A stretch of DNA of 64,000 bases, taken from positions 7,998,001 through 8,062,000 of the forward strand of contig CM102286.1 of NCBI GenBank assembly GCA_046563655.1, read 5' to 3'. This stretch comes from Yuukianura sp. NJ FZ-2021. Taxonomy: Eukaryota. The notes under the pieces are model-generated. The model saw only the letters and a program-made list of their open reading frames with translations, made no database searches and had not been told where the DNA came from. The position numbers and the translations under genes were made by a program. Below, piece by piece: positions 62,260-64,000 of this stretch. Each line of letters starts with the position of its first letter. Position 1 is the stretch's first letter.

Positions 62260-63843
62260 CTACCCTGGACGGACGCCCAACTTTTCTAATACTCGAACTC
62301 CCTTTTCTTGAAATTCCTCTCTGGACATCCAAAATGTTTCTTTATCCTTCATTACATTTGCCAAAACGGCACCGCCAATGAACACCATGTCCTTTCTCCT
62401 TGGTGGATCCTCAATTTTAATTTTGAATTTCTGTGATACAAAATCCAAACATCACGAGTAAAATTCAAAATTGATACGTTTACCTTAACGCCAGTAAAAA
62501 CCACCCGCAATGTATAAACTCACAGAAAGTTTGTCCGCTTCTCCTTTGAGTACACGCTCCAAGTAAAGTTGTTTGATTTCCCTTTCCAAACGACTAGGAA
62601 GACCAGGGTACATGGTGGAACCACCAGACAAAACAATATGTTTGTACAACTCTGGTCGAATGTCGATATCCGCTTGCTGAATGGTACTGAAAACAAGCTC
62701 TGCAATGCCTGTAAAATAACTACGGTTTAGTTAATGAGCTATTACGACAATGGGCCAGATGTTGACGAATAACGACAGGAGCGCCAATGGCGGGAGAAAC
62801 GTATTATTATAGTACCTTGTCCTTCTACATTGATAAGGTGGGGTTGAAAAAGTGCTTCGGGAGCCTCGAACCTTTCACCTCCGACTTTGATTACCCTGCC
62901 GTCGGGTAACTGTGAAATATAAGTAAAAACAACGATGAGTTTAGGTTTCACGTTTTTACTCAACGTTTTCCTAATTCACTTACCGTGTAAGACTCGACGA
63001 GAACAGTTGTTTCTAAGGCTAATCTCTGCTCTGTTTCCAAATTGTAGCCAATGTAGCAAAGTTTTTCCTTCATCATTCGAACGGTTTCGAAGTCGGCAGA
63101 ATGGTTGAATGCGTACCCCCGAAGCAGAAGTAGCTGCAATGAAATTGAACAAACAAGTTCTAGTTCACATCGAATCGAATGTAGTGCGAACCTTAATATT
63201 AAGGGGCAAATGTGTATGGATTGAATACCTTTATAAGATATCTGGTAATATCTCTTCCGGCGATGTCGAGCCTACGCGTTAGATGGGGTAGCGCAAACCC
63301 ATCGTATACCGGGCAAATATGAGTGACACCGTCGCCGGAATCCACAACAACTCCAGTCAGAAGCCCTTGTGCGTAGAGAGTAAGTACTGCTTGGATTGCT
63401 ATGTAGGCTCCTGCGAATCCATACTTCTCGAACATTACCTAAACAGCATCAGCATAATATTGACAACACCATCACAATAACATCAATTCATACAATTAAT
63501 TAGTAAAGCCAACTAATATAAGACAACCTCACCTCAATCATTTTTTCGCGGTTTTTGGTAGGATTCATCGGTGGCTCTGTAAGCATGACTTTGCATTCGG
63601 TGGGATTTATGTTCATTTTCTCCGGTCCAAAAGTGTAATCCCATAAATGAATCATGTCTTCCCAATTCCTGGTTCAGAAAATGGAAATATTTCTAAGTTA
63701 AAGCTTCCAATACTTAGCAAAAATACTTCTTCAAAGATTGATTTGTCCAACCCATAAGCTTACCGAACGATTCCATTTTCCATTGGATAATTTACTTCCA
63801 ACATAGACCTCAGTTGACTCGCGTCATCCCCCAGCATTAAGTC
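62260..63843 (-). CDS. Arp2: Actin-related protein 2 (5' exons lie beyond the window)
   Basis: [99 protein letters not shown]; stop TAG 62260-62262. Confidence 0.96.
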
Positions 63844-64000
63844 CTGAATGGTTTTCAAAATGTTGTAAATTAGTATTTTATCACTGATTCCATGCGTTTA
63901 CGAAGCAGTTACCACTTTCAACGAACAAATATGCAGTTATAGCATGCAATGAAATTGTTTGTTCCTTGTTCGAAGGTCAGCAAACTAAACCACATAGTAA

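Overview
Eukaryotic, intron-rich DNA from a compact-genome arthropod (inferred from the protein sequences; the species cannot be fixed from this window). Host genes, left to right: diphthine-ammonia ligase DPH6 with C-terminal RidA/YjgF domains (+), an SLC17-family anion transporter (-), a divergent rhodopsin-like GPCR (-), a complete ~40-kb ryanodine receptor gene (-), cofilin/ADF (-), RTF1 (-) and the 3' part of Arp2 (-). Mobile DNA: a Helentron-associated (HINE/DINE-1-like) element carrying a G/C-rich satellite, a decayed relative inside the GPCR intron, a Transib-like MITE with RSS-heptamer ends and a 5-bp TSD, and an 11,050-bp Ty3/Gypsy LTR retrotransposon with apparently identical 565-bp LTRs and a CCAT TSD, inserted antisense in RyR coding intron 3. 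Most interesting: (1) the retrotransposon has no env but carries three small hydrophobic ORFs before gag and a disordered 397-aa ORF behind a splice acceptor at the env position; (2) RyR has what look like mutually exclusive exons encoding two different calmodulin-binding helices; (3) RyR carries natural substitutions at positions of the diamide-insecticide pocket. Exon boundaries were read by eye and no database searches were run.
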